Below are positions 10,701 to 19,933 of a DNA stretch of 64,000 nt, in pieces. The stretch lies in assembly GCA_030445745.1 (NCBI GenBank), contig JASUTE010000002.1:30859-94858 (forward strand). Direction: 5' to 3'. The DNA is from Candidatus Cloacimonadota bacterium (GTDB lineage: Bacteria > Cloacimonadota > Cloacimonadia > Cloacimonadales > TCS61). Made by a program: the position numbers and the translations under genes. How positions within the stretch are numbered: the first letter of the stretch is position 1; each line of letters opens with the position of its first letter. Under the pieces are notes generated by a model. The model did no database searches, had not been told where the DNA came from, and saw only the letters and a list, made by a program, of their open reading frames with translations.

Positions 10701-11157
10701 AACAGAAAAACAGCATATAAGCATAGAAAGCGATTACTATTTTCCAGAAAATTATATTAAAGATGATATACAAAGGCTGCAAATCTACAAAAGGATGTTG
10801 CAATTTACCCAAAAAGCAGAATTTGATGATCTGGCTGAGGAACTACGCGACAGATTTGGCAAACTACCTCCGCAAGCTAAACTAACCTTGTCATATTTCC
10901 GACTTAGAGCGATCGCTAAGAAAGCTGGGTTGAAAAGAATTCAGTTGCGAGATAAAAAGTTACGATTGGAGTTTGACCAAAAAAATCTGCCTCCACGCCA
11001 CCTTCTCCAATCTATGCTTTCCAAATTTGATTTCCCTGTAAGATTCGACACTACTGGGAATTTGAAGATCTTTTTTAACTTAGCACAATTACAAAACAAA
11101 AATGAGCTGATCTATATTGAAAAAGCTATTCAAATTGTAAATGCTTTGTTAGAATAA
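7759..11157 (+). CDS. mfd: Transcription-repair coupling factor
   Basis: 1132 aa. Walker A GDVGFGKTEVA, DEEHRFGV box, helicase C motifs (QLYQIRGRVGRS) and a TRCF C-terminal domain. Confidence 0.95.
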   Translation: MFYNQLSPILSKSGFVNEFDKQIQNNKSGVLFHNLNRSFKSVLISRIYQQKEKNVLFVTSDDKLAEDYLEDLDLLIGAKSVHFLPDYEVLPYEKRSPHYSIRAQRIQTLAAACSDNAGIYVLSIRSLLRKIVAKSIFQKNLIQLEVGKEYSPEILVSKLVGMGYENQHQVSRVGEFARRGGIVDIFSPHLNKPIRIDFFGDEIDTMRVFSVDSQRSTGEKIDNLLIMPSREFSLHDIETSEELWERIHENGFYDGIELDSPLLLPEISTFWDYFNKENTIVVWDEFQYAKTTITEIFDEVTSLFQKAKKESKLLPKPEQLFADQQYLNSSLDKFCDYYFSSHYYESKKISKKIEAPVISQTNMHSNLELLEEDLQNKLQSNYRIFIQSDNISQSKRMQELLPQFSDKLDFTIGVLQQGFILKDAQLAVYTDHEIFSRYKRRRRQAHFSQKEALVDYESLKPGDYVVHIDHGIGIYEGLKKIRAAGSQIECLSLKYAEKDRVYIPTYQLNLVSKFVSEEGIVPTIHKLGSKRWEQTKKRAKKQIELVAKDLVNLYAERKIKKGIAMDPDSQWQREMEDSFIYEDTPDQRRSVEEIKQDMESEVPMERLLCGDVGFGKTEVAIRAAFKAVLSGYQVAVLVPTTLLAEQHFYVFRERLAQYPLKIAMFSRFRSRANLNKDLAQIQQGQIDIAIGTHRLLSQDVQFKNLGLLIIDEEHRFGVKHKNKLRKIKANVDTLYMSATPIPRTMNMALSKLKELSLIRTSPKARLPIRTVIIPYDKEIIKDAINREIDRGGQVFFIHNRVQTINSVTAKLQEMLPNVRFGIGHGQLSERKLEKIMLDFAEHKFDVLVATTIIESGIDIPNVNTILVNRADNFGLAQLYQIRGRVGRSNRRAYAYFIIPNNLTEIARKRLETLTEYESLGSGYQIAMRDMELRGAGTLLGTKQSGIINTIGFNYYNRLLEKAVEDIQHNRKLNLETEEDSQTEKQHISIESDYYFPENYIKDDIQRLQIYKRMLQFTQKAEFDDLAEELRDRFGKLPPQAKLTLSYFRLRAIAKKAGLKRIQLRDKKLRLEFDQKNLPPRHLLQSMLSKFDFPVRFDTTGNLKIFFNLAQLQNKNELIYIEKAIQIVNALLE

Positions 11158-11380
11158 TCTTATTTATTTTTGCCAATAGGTAAAAGATTTGACAAAAAAG
11201 CTAAACTTAGGATTTTTTTCCAAGTTAGCTATAAAATAGGAGATGAAATTTGGAAAATGAAATTTTAGTAGTTATAAATCATAAAAGTTTATACTTGGCA
11301 GGCAATAAAAATGGGACTAGATATTTCCAACACAATTTTTATAAAGAAAAATTGCAAAACAATCTGTTTGCGGAGGAAAA

Positions 11381-12739
11381 ATGAAAAAATTTCTGGGATT
11401 ACTATTAATTATATCGATAAGTTTTGGTTTATTTCCCCAACAGAATATCAGTTCTAACATTTTTCAAAGCTCAGAAATGTATAATATTACTGTCTCAGGG
11501 GCAGTTAGATCACCTGGTGTGTATTACATGCCACCCACTAGCCGTGTTTCACAGGTTATAAAAAGAGCCAATGCTATTCCCGATAGTTTACTGATTTTGG
11601 AAAAACAAGCTAAACAGAAGAGAAGACTGTCGCAAAACAAATTAGATGAACCTTCCCAGCGTAATATTAAGTTAATTAGGCAAGCAGATACCACGCGAAT
11701 AGATTTATTACGTTTCAAAAAATTGGGAGCTAATGAGCAAAATCCTTACTTAAAAGATGGCGATATTGTTTGGGTACCCAAAATTGATAAAACCGTTTCA
11801 ATATGGGGTCAGATAAACGAAGAAGGCAATTATGAGATGGTTCCTGGAGACAGGGTAAGCGATATAGTGAATTTAGCCTTAGGAATAACGGATAGAGCAT
11901 ATACAGAACAAGCTTATATAACTAGATTCGTTGATAGTAAAAATAAGACCCAAAAAATTGTTTTTAATTTGGAAGACGCTCTATCAAATCCCCATTCTCA
12001 ACTTGACCCAAAATTGAAAAAAGATGATAGAATTTTTATAAGAGAATTACCACAATATCACGAAGAATATTCGGTTCTTATCCGCGGTGAAGTGAAATTT
12101 CCTGGTCGCTATTCTATTGAAGAAAACCAAACTTCACTTTTGGAAATCTTAAAACAATCTGGTGGGCCCACCGAAGATGCAGACCTTTCAAACGCTTATC
12201 TACAAAGACGTAGAAATGAAGATACAATAGATCCAGAATTTGAAAGATTAAAAAAAGTTCCGGTTGAAGAAATGACAGAGCTTGAATATGAATATTTTAA
12301 AACAAAATCGAGGGAAATGCGGGGTAAATTTTCTATCAATTTTGAGCAACTTTGGAATTTACAGGATGAAAGCTATAATATCTTGCTAAAACAAGATGAT
12401 TATATTTATATTCCAGATAAAACAGTTACTGTAAATGTTTCAGGACAGGTAAAGAACCCAGGCCTGATAACATATATACCTAAGAAAAATTATATGTATT
12501 ACATAAATCAAGCAGGTGGATTTTCATGGAATGCACGCAAAAGTAAAATACGGATCATCCGTGCCAATACTGGTGAATGGTTGAAGCCAGATGATGACAC
12601 TGTAGTAGAAATTGGTGATATGGTATTTATTCCAGAAAAACCGGATATTGACTACTGGGAATTATTTAAAGATGGCATGCTTGTTATTTCTCAGATAGCA
12701 ACTGTTGCTTTGGTAATAACCAATATAATTCAAAATTAA
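11381..12739 (+). CDS. Polysaccharide export protein (Wza/SLBB-type)
   Basis: 452 aa with a signal peptide. Repeated SLBB-like units (VSGAVRSPGVY, GEVKFPGRY, VSGQVKNPG) and a C-terminal TM helix. Confidence 0.6.
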   Translation: MKKFLGLLLIISISFGLFPQQNISSNIFQSSEMYNITVSGAVRSPGVYYMPPTSRVSQVIKRANAIPDSLLILEKQAKQKRRLSQNKLDEPSQRNIKLIRQADTTRIDLLRFKKLGANEQNPYLKDGDIVWVPKIDKTVSIWGQINEEGNYEMVPGDRVSDIVNLALGITDRAYTEQAYITRFVDSKNKTQKIVFNLEDALSNPHSQLDPKLKKDDRIFIRELPQYHEEYSVLIRGEVKFPGRYSIEENQTSLLEILKQSGGPTEDADLSNAYLQRRRNEDTIDPEFERLKKVPVEEMTELEYEYFKTKSREMRGKFSINFEQLWNLQDESYNILLKQDDYIYIPDKTVTVNVSGQVKNPGLITYIPKKNYMYYINQAGGFSWNARKSKIRIIRANTGEWLKPDDDTVVEIGDMVFIPEKPDIDYWELFKDGMLVISQIATVALVITNIIQN

Positions 12740-12751
12740 TTGGGAGAAATT

Positions 12752-13711
12752 ATGAAATCTTTAATTACTGGAGGAGCCGGCTTTATCGGTTCACATCTGG
12801 CAGAAAAACTATTAAATGAAGGTCATCAGGTATCTATCATAGATAATCTTTCAACTGGTAAATTTTCCAATATCGTGCACTTAACCTATAACGATAAATT
12901 TAGCTATAAAATAGATTCTATCTTGAATTATGAAATATTGGAAAACATGATAAAAAATAGTGACCATATTTATCATTTGGCTGCTGCGGTAGGAGTAAAA
13001 TACATTATCGATAACCCTTTGCTATCCTTAAAAACTAATATTTACGGTACAGAACATGTTTTAGATTTGGCCAATAAATATAAGAAGAAAGTACTGGTTG
13101 CTTCCACCTCGGAAATTTATGGAAAAAGCGATAAAATTCCATTTAAAGAAACTTATGACAGACTACTGGGTTCAACTTATATTTCGCGCTGGAGTTATAG
13201 TTCTGCCAAGGCTATCGATGAATTTTTGGCACTGGCATATCACCGCGAAAAGAAATTGCCGGTGGTAATAGTACGTTGTTTCAATACGGTAGGGCCTCGT
13301 CAAACCGGTCAATACGGTATGGTAATCCCAAAATTTGTTAAAGCAGCGATGCTTAATCATCCTATTACAATATACGGAGATGGGAAACAATCACGCTGCT
13401 TCGGTTACGTGGAAGATGTGGTAAATGGTATGATAAAATTAATGAATACCAAAAAAGCTGAAGGCGAAATATTCAATATTGGAAATGACAAACCTATCAC
13501 CATTGAAGCTTTGGCCAAAAAAATCAAGGCTATGACCAAAAGTAAATCTAAAATAGAATACGTTAAATATGAGGATGCCTACGAAGAAGGTTTTGAGGAT
13601 ATGCGCCAACGACAGCCTGATCTGAGTAAAATTAAAAGTTATATCGGCTATAAACCCGCCTATGATCTAGATAAAACTTTAAAAATAATAATAAATTACT
13701 TCGAGGAATAA
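12752..13711 (+). CDS. NAD-dependent sugar-nucleotide epimerase/dehydratase (UDP-glucuronate decarboxylase-like)
   Basis: GGAGFIGSH Rossmann motif and the YSSAK catalytic YxxxK. The track ORF starts at a TTG at 12740; the ATG at 12752, preceded by GGGAG, is more likely. Confidence 0.85.
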   Translation: MKSLITGGAGFIGSHLAEKLLNEGHQVSIIDNLSTGKFSNIVHLTYNDKFSYKIDSILNYEILENMIKNSDHIYHLAAAVGVKYIIDNPLLSLKTNIYGTEHVLDLANKYKKKVLVASTSEIYGKSDKIPFKETYDRLLGSTYISRWSYSSAKAIDEFLALAYHREKKLPVVIVRCFNTVGPRQTGQYGMVIPKFVKAAMLNHPITIYGDGKQSRCFGYVEDVVNGMIKLMNTKKAEGEIFNIGNDKPITIEALAKKIKAMTKSKSKIEYVKYEDAYEEGFEDMRQRQPDLSKIKSYIGYKPAYDLDKTLKIIINYFEE

Positions 13712-13713
13712 TT

Positions 13714-14817
13714 ATGCAAGTACCACTTTTAGATCTACATGCCCAAAATGACCCCATCTTAGATGAAATAAAAGCAGAAATGAATAAAGTGATGCAGTCG
13801 CATCAATATATTTTAGGCCCTCAGGTAGAAAAATTAGAAGAAAAAATAGCTGAATACTGCGATACTAAATATGCTGTAGGTTGTGCTTCTGGAACCGATG
13901 CTCTGGTACTTTCCTTAAAAGCTTTGGAGTTAGAACCAGGCTCGGAAGTTATCACTACAACCTTTACCTTTTTTGCTACAGCCAGCTCTATTCACAGAGT
14001 AGGACTAGTTCCCAAATTTGTAGATGTCCATCCTCGTACTTTTAATATCGATCCTAACAAAATAGAAGCAGCAATTACCGATAAAACCAAAGCAATCATC
14101 GTGGTTCATTTATTTGGTCAACCAGCTGAGATGGATAAGATAATGAAAATTGCCCGCAAGTATGACCTGAAGGTAATTGAGGACAATGCTCAGGGCATTG
14201 GTAGCAAATTCAATGGTAAAACAGCTGGCTCTATTGGCGATGTTGGTACACTCTCCTTTTTCCCTTCCAAAAATTTGGGAGCGATGGGCGATGCCGGCAT
14301 GTGCATAACCAACAACCAAGAAATCGCAGACAGACTTAGAATGCTGCGTGTACATGGCGAAAATCCTAAATATTTCCATAGATGGGTGGGATTGAACAGC
14401 AGATTAGATACTATCCAGGCCGCTGTACTACTGGTGAAAGTTAAATATGTTGATAATTGGAGTAGAATGCGACAGGAAAATGCTGATTACTACTATGAAA
14501 ACCTGGAAGAAGTACCACAAATTGCCTTACCCTACATTCATCATAAAGCTTCTTCAATTTACAATCAGTTTACCCTAATAGCAGAAAAACGAGATGAGCT
14601 TATCAGTTTTTTAAAGAAAAATAAAATTGGTTGCGCTGTCTATTATCCCAAACCTTTGCATTTACAAGATTGCTTTTCCTATTTGAACTATGGCAAGGGT
14701 GATTTCCCAATAGCAGAAGACTTAGCTAAAAAAGTTATTTCAATTCCTATTTATTCTGAACTTACCAAAAAACAGCAAGATTATATAATTTCTAAGATAA
14801 AAGAATTTTATAAATGA
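13714..14817 (+). CDS. DegT/DnrJ/EryC1/StrS-family PLP-dependent sugar aminotransferase
   Basis: 367 aa. GTDAL motif and a PLP-lysine context SFFPSKNLGAMGDAG. Confidence 0.85.
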   Translation: MQVPLLDLHAQNDPILDEIKAEMNKVMQSHQYILGPQVEKLEEKIAEYCDTKYAVGCASGTDALVLSLKALELEPGSEVITTTFTFFATASSIHRVGLVPKFVDVHPRTFNIDPNKIEAAITDKTKAIIVVHLFGQPAEMDKIMKIARKYDLKVIEDNAQGIGSKFNGKTAGSIGDVGTLSFFPSKNLGAMGDAGMCITNNQEIADRLRMLRVHGENPKYFHRWVGLNSRLDTIQAAVLLVKVKYVDNWSRMRQENADYYYENLEEVPQIALPYIHHKASSIYNQFTLIAEKRDELISFLKKNKIGCAVYYPKPLHLQDCFSYLNYGKGDFPIAEDLAKKVISIPIYSELTKKQQDYIISKIKEFYK

Positions 14818-14825
14818 GGTAAGCT

Positions 14826-15608
14826 ATGAATATAATCGTTTGTATTAAACAAGTTCCAGATACAACAGAAATAAAAATAGATCCACAAACCAATACATTG
14901 ATTCGAGATGGCGTGGAGAGTATTATTAATCCATTCGATCTGTACGCTATAGAAGAAGCGGTAAGATTAAAAGAAAAATATGGCGGTAAAGTAACTGCAA
15001 TAAGCATGGGACCACTGCAGGTGGAAAAGGCTCTTCGTGATTCAGTTGCTATGGGAGTAGATGATATAATACTTCTATCAGACAGAAAATTTGCTGGTGC
15101 TGATACTTGGGCTACGAGCTTAACACTGGCTGCAGCTATTAAAAAAGTTGGAGACTATGATCTGTTGCTTTTTGGGCAACAAGCTATCGATGGCGACACA
15201 GCTCAAGTGGGCCCCGGCGTAGCCGCACATTTAAATATTGCCCAAACCTGCTTTGTTAGCAAAATTATCGAAGTAGGAAAAGAGTATATCTCTGTAGAAA
15301 GATTGATGGAAACTGGCTTTGATAAAATAAAAATGCATTTGCCAGCCGCTATCACAGTAGTGAAAGATATCAATATTCCTCGCTTACCCTCTTTGCGAGG
15401 TAAGCGTAATGCCAAAAAAGCACAATTACAAACCTGGACAGCAGATGATCTGGGATTGGAGGAAGACAAGATTGGTTTGAACGGTTCTCCTACCCAAGTA
15501 GTTAAAATATTCTCACCTAAGATTAGCAAAACAGGTGAAAAGTACGAGCTCCCCCCAGAAGAACTAGCTGAAATTCTTTATAAAAAATTAAAAGAACTGG
15601 GAAAATAG
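14826..15608 (+). CDS. etfB: Electron transfer flavoprotein beta subunit
   Basis: 260 aa. NIIVCIKQVPDT.., INPFDLYAIEEA and QAIDGDTAQVGP are typical of EtfB. No etfA is adjacent. Confidence 0.85.
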   Translation: MNIIVCIKQVPDTTEIKIDPQTNTLIRDGVESIINPFDLYAIEEAVRLKEKYGGKVTAISMGPLQVEKALRDSVAMGVDDIILLSDRKFAGADTWATSLTLAAAIKKVGDYDLLLFGQQAIDGDTAQVGPGVAAHLNIAQTCFVSKIIEVGKEYISVERLMETGFDKIKMHLPAAITVVKDINIPRLPSLRGKRNAKKAQLQTWTADDLGLEEDKIGLNGSPTQVVKIFSPKISKTGEKYELPPEELAEILYKKLKELGK

Positions 15609-15611
15609 CTT

Positions 15612-16397
15612 ATGCTGGAATTTCCGAAAATAAGCCCTACTATCTTTAAACTGGGAAGTTTGGAAGTAAGATGGTATGGCTTTTTTTACATCTTAGCATT
15701 TATTATTTGCATAATTTTTTATAAAAAGTTATTACCCAAAAGAAAGGTAAAGCTCTCCCAACAAAATTACGATAATTTGCTGTTCCAACTAATGCTGGGA
15801 GTGATCTTGGGAGGTAGATTTGGCTATGTAATTTTCTACAATCTTGGCTATTATCTGCACAATCCCTTAAAAATATTTGCAGTATGGGAAGGTGGAATGT
15901 CCTTTCACGGTGGCGCTTTAGGGGTAATAATAGCTGGTTTGCTATTCTGCAGAAAACATAAATTAAAATTTTTACAAATGGCAGACCCGATGATGCCTTT
16001 AGTTTCCATTGGTTTAGCTCTAGGCCGTTTTGGTAATTTCATAAATGCTGAGCTGTATGGTCGTGTTACCGATGTACCCTGGGCAATGATCTTTCCAACC
16101 GATCTCCAAAAATTGCCGCGCCATCCTTCCCAGCTCTACGAAATGTTTTTGGAAGGTATTTTACTCTTCTTTATTTCACTGATTATTTTAAATAAAACTA
16201 AGCGTTTCGGCACAGTTTTCTGGAGTTGGATTTTTTTCTACGGACTATTTAGGTTTTTTGTGGAATTTTTCCGTCAACCAGATGCCCACCTGGGATTTGT
16301 ACTTGGCTTTATGAGCATGGGTCAAGTTTTAAGCTCGGTTATGGTAATAGCCGGCATTATTGGTTTTATCTTTTTATATAGAAGAAAAAATGCGTAA
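15612..16397 (+). CDS. lgt: Prolipoprotein diacylglyceryl transferase
   Basis: 261 aa. WEGGMSFHGG, GRFGNFINAELYG and HPSQLYE. Confidence 0.95.
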   Translation: MLEFPKISPTIFKLGSLEVRWYGFFYILAFIICIIFYKKLLPKRKVKLSQQNYDNLLFQLMLGVILGGRFGYVIFYNLGYYLHNPLKIFAVWEGGMSFHGGALGVIIAGLLFCRKHKLKFLQMADPMMPLVSIGLALGRFGNFINAELYGRVTDVPWAMIFPTDLQKLPRHPSQLYEMFLEGILLFFISLIILNKTKRFGTVFWSWIFFYGLFRFFVEFFRQPDAHLGFVLGFMSMGQVLSSVMVIAGIIGFIFLYRRKNA

Positions 16398-16947
16398 ATT
16401 CATTCTATTAATCTCTATTTTTATTTTAGCCAGCTGTGCTCTTTTCCAACCTCATGAGTTTTCCAGAAAACAGGAGATCCTAAAATGGGATAATTTCAAG
16501 TTGGAAGGCATTATAGAAGTTAATTATAAATCATTTTCACTAAGAAAAAATATTGTAATAGAAAAGAAAACTGATTCCGGTAAACTTACTATCTTTGAAA
16601 GTGGACTTTTTGGATTATCCCCGCAGCCCCTCATTTCAGTTTCCTATAAAGATGGGAAATTGAAGAGAAAAAACTTACCACCAGAATTACTTAGCCAGCT
16701 TCCTATTTCGGAAATTGATCTGCTTTTTAATTTAAATAATCTTGTAGAAAAAGCCAACATCACCAGTAATAAAGCTGTTTTCGAAGACTATGTGATAACT
16801 TTTAAAAATAATAAATTGAGTTCATTGCAAAAAAAAGAAAAAAAAATTGATTTCAAATATAGTAGTAACAAACCTGTAGAGATAGTTTTCCTAACCGAAG
16901 ACCAGGAAATTGGCAAAATCTTGATTGATAAAATTATTTTTGGATGA
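16390..16947 (+). CDS. Hypothetical lipoprotein
   Basis: Start taken at the internal ATG (MRKFILLISIFILASC), which gives a signal peptide plus lipobox. The track start at 16360 overlaps lgt. Confidence 0.5.
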   Translation: MRKFILLISIFILASCALFQPHEFSRKQEILKWDNFKLEGIIEVNYKSFSLRKNIVIEKKTDSGKLTIFESGLFGLSPQPLISVSYKDGKLKRKNLPPELLSQLPISEIDLLFNLNNLVEKANITSNKAVFEDYVITFKNNKLSSLQKKEKKIDFKYSSNKPVEIVFLTEDQEIGKILIDKIIFG

Positions 16948-16952
16948 GGTAG

Positions 16953-18248
16953 ATGATGATAGAAAGATATTCCAGAGAAGAGATGGCAAAGATTTGGAAG
17001 CTTCAAAACCGCTTTCAGAAGATGTTAGAAGTAGAATTAGCAGCCTGCAGGGCAATGTATGAGCTGGGGATAATTCCCCAACAAGATTGGAAAAACATTG
17101 AAAATAAGGCTGATTTCGATATAGATAGAATAGCTGAAATTGAAAAAACTACCAAACATGATGTGATAGCTTTTCTTACCAGTATTGCGGAATTTGTGGG
17201 TCCTTCTGCTCGCTGGATTCACTATGGTATGACCTCATCAGATGTTTTAGATACTGCCACCTCACTCCAGTTAAAACAGGCAGGAGAACTTATATTGCGT
17301 GATTTGGGAAAATTTTCTGAAGTCCTGCGTATCAGAGCTAAAGAACATAAATATACTCTGTGCATAGGCCGTTCGCACGGAATTCATGCTGAGCCTACTA
17401 CTTTTGGTTTGAAATTTGCCCTCTGGTATGAGGAAATGCAACGCAATATAGTCCGCTTGGAAGCAGCTATAGAATCTGTTTCAGTAGGACAGATCTCCGG
17501 AGCTGTGGGCAATTATGCTCATCTTTCTCCCGAAATAGAAAAACGCGCTTGTTCCTACCTGGATTTAACCCCTGTAAATATCTCCACTCAGGTAATTCAA
17601 CGCGATAGAATTAGTGAATATTTAAGTACGCTAGCAATTATAGGCAGCACGATTGAAAAAATAGCTTTGGAGATAAGGCATCTACAACGAACTGAAGTTT
17701 TAGAAGTAGAAGAAAATTTTTCTAAGGGCCAAAAAGGCTCTTCAGCTATGCCACATAAGCGTAATCCTATTGTCAGTGAACAAATGTGTGGTTTAGCACG
17801 CATTTTACGCTCCAATGCTATGGCTGCTTTCGAAAATAACGCATTATGGCATGAACGCGATATTAGTCATTCTTCGGTAGAGCGCATAATTCTACCAGAT
17901 ACTACTATCCTAGTGAACTACATGTTAAATAAGATGATATCGTTAATAGAAAATCTATTGGTTTACCCTGAAAACATGATGAAAAACTTGGAACTTACTA
18001 ATGGTCTAATTTTTTCTCAGGCATTGCTACTGGAACTTGCGGGTAAAGGAGTTAGCAGAGAAGAAGCTTATAAATTAGTACAGCGTAATGCCATGGAGTG
18101 TTGGAAAAACAAAACATCGTTTAAAAAATTGGTAAGTGCTGACGAAGATATTCGTAATCATCTATCTAGCGAAGAAATTGAGCAAGTTTTTTCCTTCGAT
18201 CGCTACTTGAAGCACATAGATTATATTTTTTCTAGAATAGGAATTTAG
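16953..18248 (+). CDS. purB: Adenylosuccinate lyase
   Basis: 431 aa with the fumarate-lyase signature SSAMPHKRNP. Confidence 0.95.
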   Translation: MMIERYSREEMAKIWKLQNRFQKMLEVELAACRAMYELGIIPQQDWKNIENKADFDIDRIAEIEKTTKHDVIAFLTSIAEFVGPSARWIHYGMTSSDVLDTATSLQLKQAGELILRDLGKFSEVLRIRAKEHKYTLCIGRSHGIHAEPTTFGLKFALWYEEMQRNIVRLEAAIESVSVGQISGAVGNYAHLSPEIEKRACSYLDLTPVNISTQVIQRDRISEYLSTLAIIGSTIEKIALEIRHLQRTEVLEVEENFSKGQKGSSAMPHKRNPIVSEQMCGLARILRSNAMAAFENNALWHERDISHSSVERIILPDTTILVNYMLNKMISLIENLLVYPENMMKNLELTNGLIFSQALLLELAGKGVSREEAYKLVQRNAMECWKNKTSFKKLVSADEDIRNHLSSEEIEQVFSFDRYLKHIDYIFSRIGI

Positions 18249-18250
18249 TT

Positions 18251-18778
18251 ATGTTAGAAGACTATAATCCCTACAAATATTTACGAAAGGCTCAAACCAC
18301 CAAGTTTAGGGAGCTACTTTTCCCAATATTGATTATTTTTATTAGCTTTGCGCTCTCTTATGTGTGGGAGAGTAATTTGTTAATTATCCTTTCTTTAGTC
18401 GGCCTTTTGGGTTATATTAATATCTCCATTCGCTATCGGATTCGTCAAACAATACCAGAGGAAAGCGGTCCAAACTTAATATTAGCTCCACTGAATGCCC
18501 GAATCTCTTGGATAAAAGCTAATAAAATTATGCTGGTAAAAAAGTGGTATTACACCTGCGAATTTCGTACTCCGACCGCTTTTGAGATTAAATACAAACT
18601 TAATTGTAGCAAAAAAATCTGGTTTGAACAAAAAAACAACTTACCAGGAAAGCTGGTAGGAATTGTGCCAATGAAAGCTACTTGTGAACTGGAAATACCT
18701 TCAGATTTTAAAGTTATGGTAAGAAAAGGAGAAAAAATAATAGCCGGAGAAACGGTCATTGCTTCCCAAAATTATTAA
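18251..18778 (+). CDS. Hypothetical membrane protein
   Basis: 175 aa with two N-terminal TM segments. No family recognised with confidence. Confidence 0.4.
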   Translation: MLEDYNPYKYLRKAQTTKFRELLFPILIIFISFALSYVWESNLLIILSLVGLLGYINISIRYRIRQTIPEESGPNLILAPLNARISWIKANKIMLVKKWYYTCEFRTPTAFEIKYKLNCSKKIWFEQKNNLPGKLVGIVPMKATCELEIPSDFKVMVRKGEKIIAGETVIASQNY

Positions 18779-18816
18779 GCTTTTTTACCGGAAAAGCAGC
18801 AAAATCAGGAGAAAAA

Positions 18817-19509
18817 ATGAATTTCTGGCAAGCTTTTGTTAGCTTAATATACCCCAAAATTTGCCTGAATTGCAATACTAAAATTGAAGATAGTTCCGAT
18901 TTTCTATGCGTTAATTGCCAAAAGGAATTGACTTTTTTAGATGATAACCTGTGCCCCAAATGCGGCAGTCCCCAAAATGCCCAGAATTGCAAAATTTGTG
19001 GTAATTTTCATTTCACCAAGGCGCGATCTGTATTTCCTTTTAGTAAACCGGTTCGAACCCTTATTCATTACCTGAAATATGATGAATTTACTAAAATAGC
19101 TGATCTTCTGGCACTTTATTCTTACGAATATCTGCAAAAATACTCACCTTTTCCAACTATAGATATAATTTGCCCCGTTCCGCTGCACAAAATAAGAAAA
19201 AGAAGTCGTGGTTTCAATCAAGCAGAAAAGATTAGCAGCAGAATCGCTTCCTATATGGGTTGGAAACATATTCCTGATCTGCTTTTAAGAAAAAAATACA
19301 CTTCTACCCAAACTAAACTGAGTAAAAAGGAAAGAAGCGCTAATGTGAGTAATGCTTTTTGCTTAAATAGTAAATACCAGATAAAAAACAGGGCAATTTT
19401 GGTGGTAGATGATGTTTTTACTACCGGTTCTACTGTGAATGCTATAAGTAAAGTTTTAGAAAAATATGAAGTTAGCGGAATCTATATCTTGACAATTGCA
19501 AGGGCTTAA
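18817..19509 (+). CDS. comF: ComF-family phosphoribosyltransferase-domain protein
   Basis: 230 aa. N-terminal CxxC..CxxC zinc ribbon and PRTase motif ILVVDDVFTTGSTV. Confidence 0.85.
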   Translation: MNFWQAFVSLIYPKICLNCNTKIEDSSDFLCVNCQKELTFLDDNLCPKCGSPQNAQNCKICGNFHFTKARSVFPFSKPVRTLIHYLKYDEFTKIADLLALYSYEYLQKYSPFPTIDIICPVPLHKIRKRSRGFNQAEKISSRIASYMGWKHIPDLLLRKKYTSTQTKLSKKERSANVSNAFCLNSKYQIKNRAILVVDDVFTTGSTVNAISKVLEKYEVSGIYILTIARA

Positions 19510-19556
19510 AGATTATTAACAATAAAACGTAATTTATTCTAAAGATAGAAAGTTGT

Positions 19557-19919
19557 ATGCAGATAGATATAAAACCAGAAAGAGCGATAGAGTTAATAGA
19601 GAAAATTGCTCGTTTCATTGCAGAAAGAAAGATGGCGCCAGCTGCGATAATGGCGATAGAATCGCTAAGCCCGCTTAATTTTATCGCCAGCCAGTTATTG
19701 TATTTTTTGGCTCCTTTCGCCGAGGTCATTTTTAAACCAAAAGAGTATGAAGAATTTGCTGCTCTGTTGGAAAAAGATGAGTATGTGAAATTACTCATAA
19801 AAAGAATTGATGAGTTGGATACCGAACTTCATTTGGAAGAACGTAAGCAGAAACGAAAACTTAGAAAAAGAAGAAGAAATAAGATTAAGAAATTTATGGG
19901 AAATTTATTCAAAAGATAG
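19557..19919 (+). CDS. Hypothetical small protein (hydrophobic core, highly basic C-terminal tail)
   Basis: 120 aa with the tail ERKQKRKLRKRRRNKIKK. It sits immediately upstream of the GlmL-like gene. Confidence 0.35.
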   Translation: MQIDIKPERAIELIEKIARFIAERKMAPAAIMAIESLSPLNFIASQLLYFLAPFAEVIFKPKEYEEFAALLEKDEYVKLLIKRIDELDTELHLEERKQKRKLRKRRRNKIKKFMGNLFKR

Positions 19920-19933
19920 ATGGAGGAAAGAAT

